Shown: piece after piece, positions 55,860-64,000 of the stretch
How positions within the stretch are numbered: the stretch's first letter is position 1
Layout: every line of letters begins with the position of its first letter
From: Kiritimatiellia bacterium
GTDB taxonomy: Bacteria > Verrucomicrobiota > Kiritimatiellia > RFP12 > UBA1067
Assembly: GCA_045656285.1 (NCBI GenBank)
Contig: JAZOQY010000041.1
Coordinates: 129,404-193,403 of the forward strand
Direction of reading: 5' to 3'
DNA length: 64,000 nucleotides
Program-made: the position numbers and the translations under genes
Notes under the pieces: model-generated
What the model was told of the DNA's origin: nothing
Seen by the model: only the letters and a program-made list of their open reading frames with translations
Databases searched by the model: none

Positions 55860-57692
55860 TTACTTACCGAGGGCCTTGCGCATTTCCATAATATAGCGAA
55901 TCATCTCAAGACGGGCGAGATTTAAATCTACAGACTCGCGATTGAGCATCGCCAAATACATAAGCGACTTCTTAGCCGTGATGCGCGCATCGACATCGCC
56001 CTTCTCTAAGCACTCGTCAGCGAGCTGCTTAAGATACGTACCATAGCGGATATCGTCACAAGCTTCGCGGAATCCGGCGTACTGAATCGTCTCCATAAGA
56101 CCCTGAGAGTTAGCGTAAGTTACGACCATCGGGCGATAAAGAACCGCGTCAAGATCGTTAAACTTACCAATCGCGAACGCATAGTTAAACGACATAGTAG
56201 CGCCATTAAGCCAGCCTAAAAGACCGTGCTGACGACGCGTGAACTGGGGATTCTCGCTCCCTGTATGCTGACAAGCGTAAAAGCCGAGGTAATCAGCACC
56301 GATTTCGCGCCAAGGACGCGTAGACTCGTACATATTGTCAGGGCGAGAGCCAATAGGCTGGAACGAATAAGCGTATCCTCCCTTATAAAGCAATGCTCCG
56401 TGACCCGCGCAACCTAAATGAATACCATACTTCTCATATTCGCGGAACATTTCGCGGTGAGCCGTAACAAAGGCCGTACCCTGTTCATCGCCGTGAGGAC
56501 AAAGAATAGTCGCGCCGGGGAAGTGCTTAGAATAATACTCGTGGCACTTTTTAGCGCCCTTCTTAGCGTCCATGACATTCTGCCAGCTCATGCGACCGCC
56601 GTAGTTAAGCGCGTACCAAGGAACGAGGGGACTACCCATAACTACATCGAGAGGAAATCCGATTTCCTTAAGCATAGGAATGCACCACTCGTTACTGCCG
56701 TTAAAGTAGGGAGCGTGGAACATGGAATGATCATAAAGCGACTGAAGCTGATTTCTGAAATACTTCATAGCCTTCTCTTTATCGCCGCCGAAATTCGTGG
56801 TAATGTGACCTAAAGACGGCATTGCGCCCATGCACGAATGAACGTACGAAACCTTAGGATTAAGGTAGCCCTTAGGGAAGGGAAGCTCGAAGGGAAGAAC
56901 CTTAACAGCTAAGGGAACAGTGTGAAGGAGCTTACCCTTGCGAGTAACCTTAACTACGCCCTTGTAAACGCCAGGCTTTTGATCTTTAGCAGCCTTAATC
57001 GTAAGGAAGAACTGCTTAAAGGAATTCTTCTCGAGTTTTACCGGCTGAAGCTTATCGGCATCAACAAAGCCCTCATCGTACTGATTGAACGATCCCGCGC
57101 CTGATTCAGCAGCACGAGGAGCCGTAATCCATAAGAACTTATCCTTACCGTCCTTGCGAACGCGCGCATAGTTGGCAGGCTCTTCGTCCTTTACGACCTT
57201 AATAAGATTTTCATCATGAAGAAGAAGCTCCGGGGTAAGCTTAAGACCAACGTCTTCAAAGTAGCTGACCCAACCGTTACCGTTCTGGAACCAAAGCTTA
57301 ACGACGCGAAGATCATTCTCAAGCTTAAGATCTACGTCCAACTCTACATTTTCAAGATTCTTAAACGAGAAAAGCTGGAATGAGCAAGCTTCAAACTCAC
57401 CCTTGGCGAGAACAGTCTTAACCGTACCATTAAACTGACCATCTTCAGGCCAAGTATCCTCTAAGCGCATAAGTTCGCTCATCGCGGGAACTGCGAAGTG
57501 AACTACATCACCCTCGCCCTTCATAGCCTTAATGCGCTCGGCATTAACCTTCTTAAGCTCCTCAGCGCGCTCACGCTGAGAATGCCAAACGGATCTATCG
57601 ACTCTAACCTCAGAGTCGGCAAACGCCGCGCACACCGTCAACTGCATAAAAAGCGCCGAAAGCGCAACAGTTTTCAACGAACTTGCATTCAT
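55860..57692 (-). CDS. Secreted hypothetical protein, family B copy 2 (paralogue of 51785..53632)
   Basis: Signal peptide MNASSLKTVALSALFMQLTVCAAFA. Collinear with B1. AAAGGAAAA SD 8 nt upstream of the ATG. Confidence 0.7.
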   Translation of the reverse strand: MNASSLKTVALSALFMQLTVCAAFADSEVRVDRSVWHSQRERAEELKKVNAERIKAMKGEGDVVHFAVPAMSELMRLEDTWPEDGQFNGTVKTVLAKGEFEACSFQLFSFKNLENVELDVDLKLENDLRVVKLWFQNGNGWVSYFEDVGLKLTPELLLHDENLIKVVKDEEPANYARVRKDGKDKFLWITAPRAAESGAGSFNQYDEGFVDADKLQPVKLEKNSFKQFFLTIKAAKDQKPGVYKGVVKVTRKGKLLHTVPLAVKVLPFELPFPKGYLNPKVSYVHSCMGAMPSLGHITTNFGGDKEKAMKYFRNQLQSLYDHSMFHAPYFNGSNEWCIPMLKEIGFPLDVVMGSPLVPWYALNYGGRMSWQNVMDAKKGAKKCHEYYSKHFPGATILCPHGDEQGTAFVTAHREMFREYEKYGIHLGCAGHGALLYKGGYAYSFQPIGSRPDNMYESTRPWREIGADYLGFYACQHTGSENPQFTRRQHGLLGWLNGATMSFNYAFAIGKFNDLDAVLYRPMVVTYANSQGLMETIQYAGFREACDDIRYGTYLKQLADECLEKGDVDARITAKKSLMYLAMLNRESVDLNLARLEMIRYIMEMRKALGK

Positions 57693-57843
57693 ATATTTTC
57701 CTTTAATTTCAGTAACTTTTCACTTAAACAATGGCCCTCAAAAATAATATAGGTCTATTTTTGAAGATTGTATTTTACTAAAAACTAACAATAAGATACA
57801 ATGGAAATTTTAAACGAAAAAAGAAAAATGTTAAGATAATTTG

Positions 57844-57852
57844 TGATATAAT
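57844..57852 (+). promoter_or_regulatory. Extended −10 TGATATAAT, 6 nt upstream of the nadA ATG (candidate leaderless promoter) in an AT-rich divergent intergenic region
   Basis: Plus-strand sequence reads ttgTGATATAATaatccaATG. Confidence 0.4.
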
Positions 57853-57858
57853 AATCCA

Positions 57859-58755
57859 ATGATTCACGAAATACAAAAACTTAAAAAAGAGCGCAACGCC
57901 GTCATCCTCGCCCATAATTACACTTTGGGAGAAGTACAGGATGCGGCAGACTATACCGGCGACTCTCTTGAACTTGCTCGCCGTGCCGTTCAGGTTGATG
58001 CCGACGTGATTCTCTTTTGCGGCGTTTACTTCATGGCCGAGACGGCCAAAATCCTGAATCCATCCAAAACGGTTCTTATACCCGATGCCTCCGCCGGCTG
58101 TCCTATGGCAGACATGATAACCGGAGCCCAGCTTCGGGAACTTAAAAAAGCACACCCCGGGGCCGTCACCGTTTGCTATGTAAACTCAACCGCCGAAGTT
58201 AAGGCCGAATGCGACATTTGCGTAACGAGCGGCAACGCTGAAAAAGTAATGGCGACTATCGGACGCGACAAAAAGATACTCTTCGTCCCCGATCGCCATC
58301 TGGGTTCTCACATCGCCGCGAAAGAAGGCCGCGAGTACGTTCTGTGGCAGGGCCACTGCCCCATCCACAACGCCCTCTCGCCAGAAACCGTCAGAGCGAT
58401 GCGCGCCAAGCACCCCGGCGCACCTGTTCTCGTGCACCCCGAATGCCCTAAAGAGGTCCGCGATCTCGCCGACGAATGTCTCTCTACCGGCGGCATGTGC
58501 GCTTATGCGCAAACCTCCACGGCGGATAAGATCCTGGTTGGAACCGAAATAGGGATTCTCCATCGACTCCGCAAGGAAAACCCGGCCAAGACCTTCATTC
58601 CGATATCGACGGAGCTTGTCTGCGCAGACATGAAAAAGATCACACTCGAAAACATTCTGGCGTCTCTCAGGAACATGGAGACGAAAGTCGAAGTTCCCGC
58701 CGAAACATCGTCGAAGGCACGCCGTGCCATCGAAGCGATGCTTGCGGTCTGCTGA
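57859..58755 (+). CDS. nadA: Quinolinate synthase A
   Basis: …AVILAHNYTLGEVQDAADYTGDSLELA…ILFCGVYFMAETAKIL…, [4Fe-4S] Cys ligands, 298 aa. One of only two plus-strand genes. Confidence 0.9.
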   Translation: MIHEIQKLKKERNAVILAHNYTLGEVQDAADYTGDSLELARRAVQVDADVILFCGVYFMAETAKILNPSKTVLIPDASAGCPMADMITGAQLRELKKAHPGAVTVCYVNSTAEVKAECDICVTSGNAEKVMATIGRDKKILFVPDRHLGSHIAAKEGREYVLWQGHCPIHNALSPETVRAMRAKHPGAPVLVHPECPKEVRDLADECLSTGGMCAYAQTSTADKILVGTEIGILHRLRKENPAKTFIPISTELVCADMKKITLENILASLRNMETKVEVPAETSSKARRAIEAMLAVC

Positions 58756-58776
58756 CGGCGATCAGGCCGTCCGCGC

Positions 58777-60126
58777 TCAATTCGAAGACAAGGCCCTGGC
58801 GGCGAATTCGTCCAGCTGACCTGTCAGCGCGAGGAAATCAAGCGACATGTATCTGTCGCGCATGTATATCGTCTTGCGGACGTCGGCAAGCGTCGCCTCC
58901 ACCGTCGAGCCGATAGCTTCGGGAGATGTGGGCGCGCCGACAACTTCAAGCCTTCTTTTAATCTCCTCTGACGGGATCATCTGCCCGGCAAGGCGTTCAC
59001 GAATCTGCGGCCAACGGCTCTTGAAATCCTCAAGACGCCGGCGAGTTGTCTCGCGGTCGACATGTTTCGCTCTGACGGCCGCGACTCCGAGCGACGGGAA
59101 TCTGGTCGAACCGAACGCTTCCAGCCCCTTCTTTTCGGCCTCTTCAAGCGTAAGCCAGTTGGCAAGGCATTTTTCGACATCCAGCTTCGTATAATCGAAC
59201 GCAAGGATCTGTTCGTATACGCGGCACATGAAAAGCGTAAACACACCGACCTGAATGCCGTGAGGAACCATCTCGCTTTTGAATGTATGATCCCGCATCT
59301 CAAGCAGATGGCTGAAAAGATGTTCCGCTCCGGACGCAGGGCGTGAACTCTGCATGTCCTGCATTGCAAATCCGCCCAGCATGAGACCCTCGACAAAGCG
59401 GGAGAGAGGCTCGGTCTTCTTCGCCACGACGCCTTCGGGGTCGCCGATCGCCTCCTTGAGGCCATCCTGAACGGTATGCCAGGAGCTGTCGTGCCAGACG
59501 CTTGCGCCAAGCTCGTACGCCAGAATCCAATCGGCTCCGGCCGGAACCTTGGCCATCAGGTCCGCAAAACCGCTCGCCGCCATCCATTCGGGAGCGGTGC
59601 GCATCACATCAAGATCGGCGACAATCACGCGCGGAGCCGGACAGGCGTAGGTCTGCTTGGCGCCTTCCGGACTTCTGAGCGCCGCTCCGAAGCTCGAATA
59701 GCCGTCAACGCTCGCCGCCGTGGCGACAGACATGTACGCAACTCCCAATTCGCCCGAAGCGCGCTTGGTAAGATCGTTGATTACGCCGCTGCCGACTGAA
59801 ACAGGCACCGGCAGAGCCCCGCCTTCGGCAAGTGAAGCGATCGCATCACGAACTTGATCGACATAAAAATAATCGGCGTGGAACGTCTTGCCGTCCGGCT
59901 CAAGCACAAAACGCGAAACCTTTACGCCTGCAGCCTTCAACAACGACTCCACCATCTCGCCGGCAACAGCCAATGTTCGCGGATCGCAAATTACGACAGC
60001 CGAAGCCGCATTTTCGAAATACTTGAAAAAGAGGGTCGCAACACTTGCCAGAGCTCCTTCTGAAATTACGCAGGATTTCGTATCGTTCGCTTTTTCCAGC
60101 GCCGCATCTATCATTGCTTTTGACAT
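58777..60126 (-). CDS. sn-glycerol-1-phosphate dehydrogenase-like protein (AraM/EgsA family, Fe-ADH/DHQS-like fold) with a C-terminal extension
   Basis: …VSVGSGVINDLTK… (the Gly-rich nucleotide loop), …SVATAASVDGYSSFGAAL…, and …ADLDVMRTAPEWMAASGFADLMAKVPAGADWILA…, collinear with G1PDH/AraM blocks. 449 aa. Confidence 0.55.
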   Translation of the reverse strand: MSKAMIDAALEKANDTKSCVISEGALASVATLFFKYFENAASAVVICDPRTLAVAGEMVESLLKAAGVKVSRFVLEPDGKTFHADYFYVDQVRDAIASLAEGGALPVPVSVGSGVINDLTKRASGELGVAYMSVATAASVDGYSSFGAALRSPEGAKQTYACPAPRVIVADLDVMRTAPEWMAASGFADLMAKVPAGADWILAYELGASVWHDSSWHTVQDGLKEAIGDPEGVVAKKTEPLSRFVEGLMLGGFAMQDMQSSRPASGAEHLFSHLLEMRDHTFKSEMVPHGIQVGVFTLFMCRVYEQILAFDYTKLDVEKCLANWLTLEEAEKKGLEAFGSTRFPSLGVAAVRAKHVDRETTRRRLEDFKSRWPQIRERLAGQMIPSEEIKRRLEVVGAPTSPEAIGSTVEATLADVRKTIYMRDRYMSLDFLALTGQLDEFAARALSSN

Positions 60127-60148
60127 TCGATCTACCTTTTTTTTACGA

Positions 60149-61573
60149 TTAACTTTTTACAACTCGCTCCGAGGCGCCGGGGATGCCGAGCGCCGTCCTG
60201 TATTTGGCTACAGTGCGTCTGGCCACAGAATAGCCCTTCGCCTTCAAATGCATGGAAATCTTGTCGTCGGACAGCGGATTGAGCCTGTCCTCGGATTCGA
60301 TTATCTTTTTAAGTTCGTCCAAAACGGCGTCCTTGGCAACGATGCCGCCGTCTTTAGTCGCGCACCCCGAGACAAAAAAACGCCGCAGCTCCACCGTACC
60401 GCGCGGAGTGGAGACGTATTTGTCGTTCACCGTGCGCGAAACGGTCGCGGCGTGGACACCGGCGACATCGGATATCTCCTGCATCGTAAGCGGACGCAAT
60501 CCCTTAAGCCCGTTCTTGAAGAAACCTGATTGCGCGTCAAAAATCGCCTGCGCGATCGCAGTTACGGTCTCTTCGCGCTTCTTCAGCGCCTCGACAAATT
60601 CGTTCACTGAAGCGATTTTGGCGCGGATGTACGATTTTGTCTCGTCGTCCACAGCGGGATCTTCGAGCATCTTGAGATAGCGAGGCGATATCTTTATCTC
60701 CGGCAAGCTCCTCGCGTCAACGCGCGCGACCCAGCCGGCGGCGGTTTTCACCGCGTGAATCTCGGGGTTTACGTATGCCGTCGCCTTGCCCGACCGGGAA
60801 TACGCCCGCGCAGGACGCGGATCCAGGCTCCTCAGCGCCGTAAGAACATCGGCATAGCGTTCATGACTGATGCCGAGAGCCTTCTCTACCGTGGCAATGC
60901 GCCCTTCGGCGACATCCTTAAGAAGGTTTTTCTCCAGAAGATCGCATACCTCGTCGCGATACGGGGAAGAATCGAGCTTGTCGATCTGGGCGAGCAGACA
61001 CTCTTCAAGAGCCGTGGCTCCGCACCCGGGCGGATCAAGCGTCATGATCACACTCAAGATTTCACGTATCTTCTCTTCGCTCTCTCCGGTCACCATCACC
61101 AGATCCGGCATAGATCCGGCAAAGTAGCCGTCGTCGTTCAGTTCGCCGATAAGGATTTCGGCCAGACGGTAATCAGACTCGTCCAGATCGGATGTTTTTA
61201 TCTGAGAAGCAAGATGTTCTTCCAGAGTCTCCTCTGTGGTTTGCGACTCTATGAAACTCCGGCGACGATCCATGGCTTCGGCATCGGCGGCATAAAACGA
61301 ATCCGGCGCGGAATCGTCATCGGGATAATCGTCGTCCCTTGCCCTCCGGTCGTCGGCAACCTCGCGCTCTTTCTGCGATACGGTCTCCTTCTCCAGCGTA
61401 CGCTCGACATCGTCGATGACGGGATTCGTTTCAAGTTCGCGATTCAGTTCGGCGCGCAGTTCGGGCAGACTCATCGCCAAGATATCAAGGCCACGGAGCA
61501 TCCGTGGCGCAAGAACCATCGTCTGGGACTGGGACTGCGACTGCCGCTGTGAACCTGAAAACGCCTGGGGCAT
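60149..61573 (-). CDS. rpoN: RNA polymerase sigma-54 factor
   Basis: Gln-rich N-terminal region I, the core-binding region, and the C-terminal RpoN box ARRTVAKYR. The ATG at 61571–61573 shares one nucleotide with the gspE stop (TGATG); the track start is a GTG one codon upstream. Confidence 0.9.
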   Translation of the reverse strand: MPQAFSGSQRQSQSQSQTMVLAPRMLRGLDILAMSLPELRAELNRELETNPVIDDVERTLEKETVSQKEREVADDRRARDDDYPDDDSAPDSFYAADAEAMDRRRSFIESQTTEETLEEHLASQIKTSDLDESDYRLAEILIGELNDDGYFAGSMPDLVMVTGESEEKIREILSVIMTLDPPGCGATALEECLLAQIDKLDSSPYRDEVCDLLEKNLLKDVAEGRIATVEKALGISHERYADVLTALRSLDPRPARAYSRSGKATAYVNPEIHAVKTAAGWVARVDARSLPEIKISPRYLKMLEDPAVDDETKSYIRAKIASVNEFVEALKKREETVTAIAQAIFDAQSGFFKNGLKGLRPLTMQEISDVAGVHAATVSRTVNDKYVSTPRGTVELRRFFVSGCATKDGGIVAKDAVLDELKKIIESEDRLNPLSDDKISMHLKAKGYSVARRTVAKYRTALGIPGASERVVKS

Positions 61574-63264
61574 CACTGCTCCTCGGTAACGCGCAAAATC
61601 TCGTTGACGCTGGTAACGCCGCGGAAGGCTTTGGCCCAGCCGTCCTCGCGCAGCGTCTTCATGCCCTTGGCCATCGAACGGTTGCGGATTTCGGTCGCGT
61701 TCTCGCGGCGGACGATAGCGCCCTCGATATCCTCGTCGACCTCAAGCACCTCAAAGAGAGCTCTGCGGCCTTTATAGCCCGTACGCGAGCACGCATCGCA
61801 TCCTATCGGCTCAAAGACGGTATTCTTCTCGGGTGCATAATCGAGCGTGTAATACTTCATGTCGAGAGGAGCTTCCTTCATGCACTTGGGGCATAAACGG
61901 CGGCAAAGACGCTGTCCCATTACGCCGGCGACGGCAGATGCGATAAGGAACGGCTCGACACCCATGTCGATCAGTCGGGGGAAGGCTCCGGCCGCATCGT
62001 TGGTATGCAAGGTGGAAAACACCATGTGACCCGTAAGCGACGCGTTGATCGCGATTTCAGCGGTTTCGCGATCGCGGATTTCGCCCACCATAATGATATC
62101 GGGATCCTGGCGCAGGAACGCCCTCAGCGCGGCTGCGAACGTCATGCCGATGTCGGCCTGCATCTGAACCTGATTGATGCCGGCCATGTGGTATTCGATC
62201 GGATCTTCCGCGGTCATGATTCTCACGTCGATCTTGTTGACCTCATGGAGGAACGAATAGAGCGACGTGGATTTGCCGGAGCCGGTGGGCCCCGTCACGA
62301 GAAATATCCCGTTCGGCCGGTGGATGATCTTGTCGACAACGGCAAAATCGCGCTCGGCGAAGCCAAGATCGGCCATCTTGACGAAACTGCCGCTCTTGGC
62401 GAGAAGTCGCAGCGAAATAGACTCGCCGTACGCCGCAGGCATGGTCGAAACGCGGATATCGATATCCTGCCCCGCGATTCTGATGCCGATGCGACCATCC
62501 ATCGGCAGACGCTTCTCGGCGATATCAAGATTCGCCATGACCTTAATGCGCGAGATGATCGCGGCTTTAAGCTTGTTGAGCTGGGGCGGAACGTCCACCT
62601 TGTGAAGCATGCCGTCGATGCGGTAGCGGATGCGAAGTTCCGTCTCCTGGGGCTCGATATGGATATCGGTCGCACCCTGACGGTCGGCTTCGACGATGAT
62701 CTGGTTGACGAAGCGGACGATCGACGCCTCTTCCCCCATTTCGTTCACATCGATTTTCGTCATCGCCCCGAACTCTTCGTCAACCGAATAGCGATCGTCT
62801 TCGATCATCTTTTCGATCGCATCGGCGCCGACACCGTAGTATTTCTTGACGGCCTTCTCGACTTCTTCGCGCGTCGCGAGCACAGTCTTGATGGGGCAAT
62901 TGGAAATGAGCCGCAAAGAATCCGCCGGGGTAGTATCGAAAGGATCGGAAACCACGATCGTTATCGCCTGTCCGTCATATCGATAAGGCAGGATGTTGTA
63001 CTGATAAACGGCACTTGCCGGAATTTTGGTAAGCGCTTCGGCCGTAGGCTGGTTATGCTCGAGGTCGACCAGCTCCAGCCCAAGCGCGGAGCCGACGCCC
63101 CGCAAAATATCAATCTCCCTATGTCCGCCGAATTTGACCGCCGCCTCATAGAGGCTCATACCCGGATTTTCGGCTCTATTTGAGACGATACGGGCTATCT
63201 GCTCATCGGTGAAAACCCCGGCAGTTTTTAGAACAATATTCGTCAGCGACATATTTTCCGTCAT
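61573..63264 (-). CDS. Type II secretion/type IV pilus assembly ATPase (GspE/PilB family)
   Basis: N-terminal T2SSE_N domain, Walker A GPTGSGKST, Asp/His boxes, and a C-terminal tetracysteine motif (CRRLCPKC…CDACSRTGYKGR). Confidence 0.85.
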   Translation of the reverse strand: MTENMSLTNIVLKTAGVFTDEQIARIVSNRAENPGMSLYEAAVKFGGHREIDILRGVGSALGLELVDLEHNQPTAEALTKIPASAVYQYNILPYRYDGQAITIVVSDPFDTTPADSLRLISNCPIKTVLATREEVEKAVKKYYGVGADAIEKMIEDDRYSVDEEFGAMTKIDVNEMGEEASIVRFVNQIIVEADRQGATDIHIEPQETELRIRYRIDGMLHKVDVPPQLNKLKAAIISRIKVMANLDIAEKRLPMDGRIGIRIAGQDIDIRVSTMPAAYGESISLRLLAKSGSFVKMADLGFAERDFAVVDKIIHRPNGIFLVTGPTGSGKSTSLYSFLHEVNKIDVRIMTAEDPIEYHMAGINQVQMQADIGMTFAAALRAFLRQDPDIIMVGEIRDRETAEIAINASLTGHMVFSTLHTNDAAGAFPRLIDMGVEPFLIASAVAGVMGQRLCRRLCPKCMKEAPLDMKYYTLDYAPEKNTVFEPIGCDACSRTGYKGRRALFEVLEVDEDIEGAIVRRENATEIRNRSMAKGMKTLREDGWAKAFRGVTSVNEILRVTEEQ

Positions 63265-63305
63265 AATGAAGATATTTTATCAAAATCCCGCTTTGTGCCT
63301 CAATG

Positions 63306-64000
63306 TCACACCTTGAGGAATATTTTTTTGCGGTAGAACATATAAAGAACCAGCCAGATGACGACAAGATCGACCACCCTTGTCGCTACGGGAGCCCAAA
63401 GAGCTCCGACATCACCGATCTCTTTGATGATTCCGCCGAAGAAATATTTGGTTATTCCGCCGAACCAGATGAATTTGGACATCAAATAGACCGTAATCGA
63501 ATTCATGCCGATCACCATAAAGCCAAACGCCCATTTTTTCAATCCCCAAACATCGATAAGATGGTAGAAGATCGCCATCATCAATGTCGAATAGGCGGCC
63601 GCCGAAAGAACAAACGAGGGAGACCAGAGGCTCTTTACGATTTTATCGCCCATGGCGAAGGTAAAGATATGCAGAAAAGTGAAAAGCACGCCCACCCCGG
63701 CCAAAAGCACGACCGTTTTCATCTTGCTATCGAGATTCTCGGACTTCAGGACGGCGCCGGCCATCATGCCGATAAGAGCCGTCGCCACTCCGCCGGCAAC
63801 GGCGAAGAAGGATTCCGGATCGTAAAGCTTCTGGAATATATGATTAGGCATAATCGTCCTGTCGAGCCACGATATGATATTGTACTCCATGGCGTACGTA
63901 TCGCATCCTGCCGGCGAGCCGGGCGCAGCCACAAAGCGCAAAACGCCCCAATACCCGAAGAGAAGCGCTCCGACAATTCCTGCGCGAATCCAATTGTTCC
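63306..64000 (-). CDS. Polytopic membrane protein, DUF5009/HGSNAT-like acyltransferase family (partial: the N-terminus lies beyond the window end)
   Basis: The frame stays open to the window edge upstream of the track's TTG start (…NNWIRAGIVGALLFGYWGVLRFVAAPG…). Multiple TM helices. Confidence 0.45.
   Translation of the reverse strand, partial: NNWIRAGIVGALLFGYWGVLRFVAAPGSPAGCDTYAMEYNIISWLDRTIMPNHIFQKLYDPESFFAVAGGVATALIGMMAGAVLKSENLDSKMKTVVLLAGVGVLFTFLHIFTFAMGDKIVKSLWSPSFVLSAAAYSTLMMAIFYHLIDVWGLKKWAFGFMVIGMNSITVYLMSKFIWFGGITKYFFGGIIKEIGDVGALWAPVATRVVDLVVIWLVLYMFYRKKIFLKV

Noticed and set aside
57693-57858. AT-rich 166-bp divergent region between B2 and nadA, considered as a possible mobile-element scar or attachment site
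   Set aside because: It has no direct or inverted terminal repeats, no integrase or transposase nearby, and no GC-skew break. It looks like an ordinary divergent promoter region; it carries the nadA TGATATAAT box and the B2 SD.
62005-63183. 392-aa plus-strand ORF opposite the GspE/PilB ATPase gene
   Set aside because: It is an antisense shadow ORF in a GC-rich gene with Walker motifs on the other strand.

Overview
This 64 kb window is GC-rich (~60%) bacterial chromosomal DNA with very dense coding. 48 of ~50 genes lie on the minus strand. Many junctions overlap by 4 bp (ATGA/TTGA), which points to long co-directional operons.

I found no rRNA, tRNA, CRISPR, IS element, integrase or prophage signal.

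Content by region:
- 1–21 kb is housekeeping: fmt (3' end), dapF, a tail-specific S41 protease, a NERD-domain membrane protein, dxs, a GT-C membrane glycosyltransferase, a pseudopilin-like/GH2-like fusion, thymidine phosphorylase, panC, nfo, lpxA, an LptF/G permease, tyrS, a GT2, an LpxL-like acyltransferase and hisD.
- 21–35 kb is lipid-centred. It holds fabZ–fabF–fabH, a YgiQ radical-SAM protein, a HAD-like protein, rimO, and then a tight 7-gene cassette. That cassette is ACP–ACP–small membrane protein–(AMP-ligase::hotdog dehydratase)–LolA-like–(MMPL::LpxL-like acyltransferase)–ketosynthase. It resembles aryl-polyene/flexirubin-type specialised-lipid export clusters, but in a condensed, domain-fused form.
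- 35–43 kb holds a FucP-type MFS transporter, ilvA, a receptor-like Ser/Thr kinase, signal peptidase I and guaB.
- 43–58 kb is a secreted-protein/CAZyme island. It carries a parallel β-helix protein, GH30, GH27, and a tandemly duplicated two-gene module of unknown secreted proteins (A1-B1/A2-B2).
- 58–64 kb holds nadA, a G1P-dehydrogenase(AraM)-like gene, rpoN, a GspE/PilB secretion ATPase and a partial HGSNAT/DUF5009-like gene.

Two regulatory patterns recur. The extended −10 box TGATATAAT sits 6–9 nt upstream of three ATG codons, suggesting leaderless mRNAs, and in two cases it incorporates the upstream gene's TGA stop codon. A TTTTTGGTATAAT motif sits upstream of four other genes.

The GspG-like pseudopilin fusion and the GC content suggest a PVC-superphylum bacterium, but this is tentative.

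The ORF track reports GTG/TTG starts as M; wherever a start coordinate below differs from the track, I re-picked it from the sequence.
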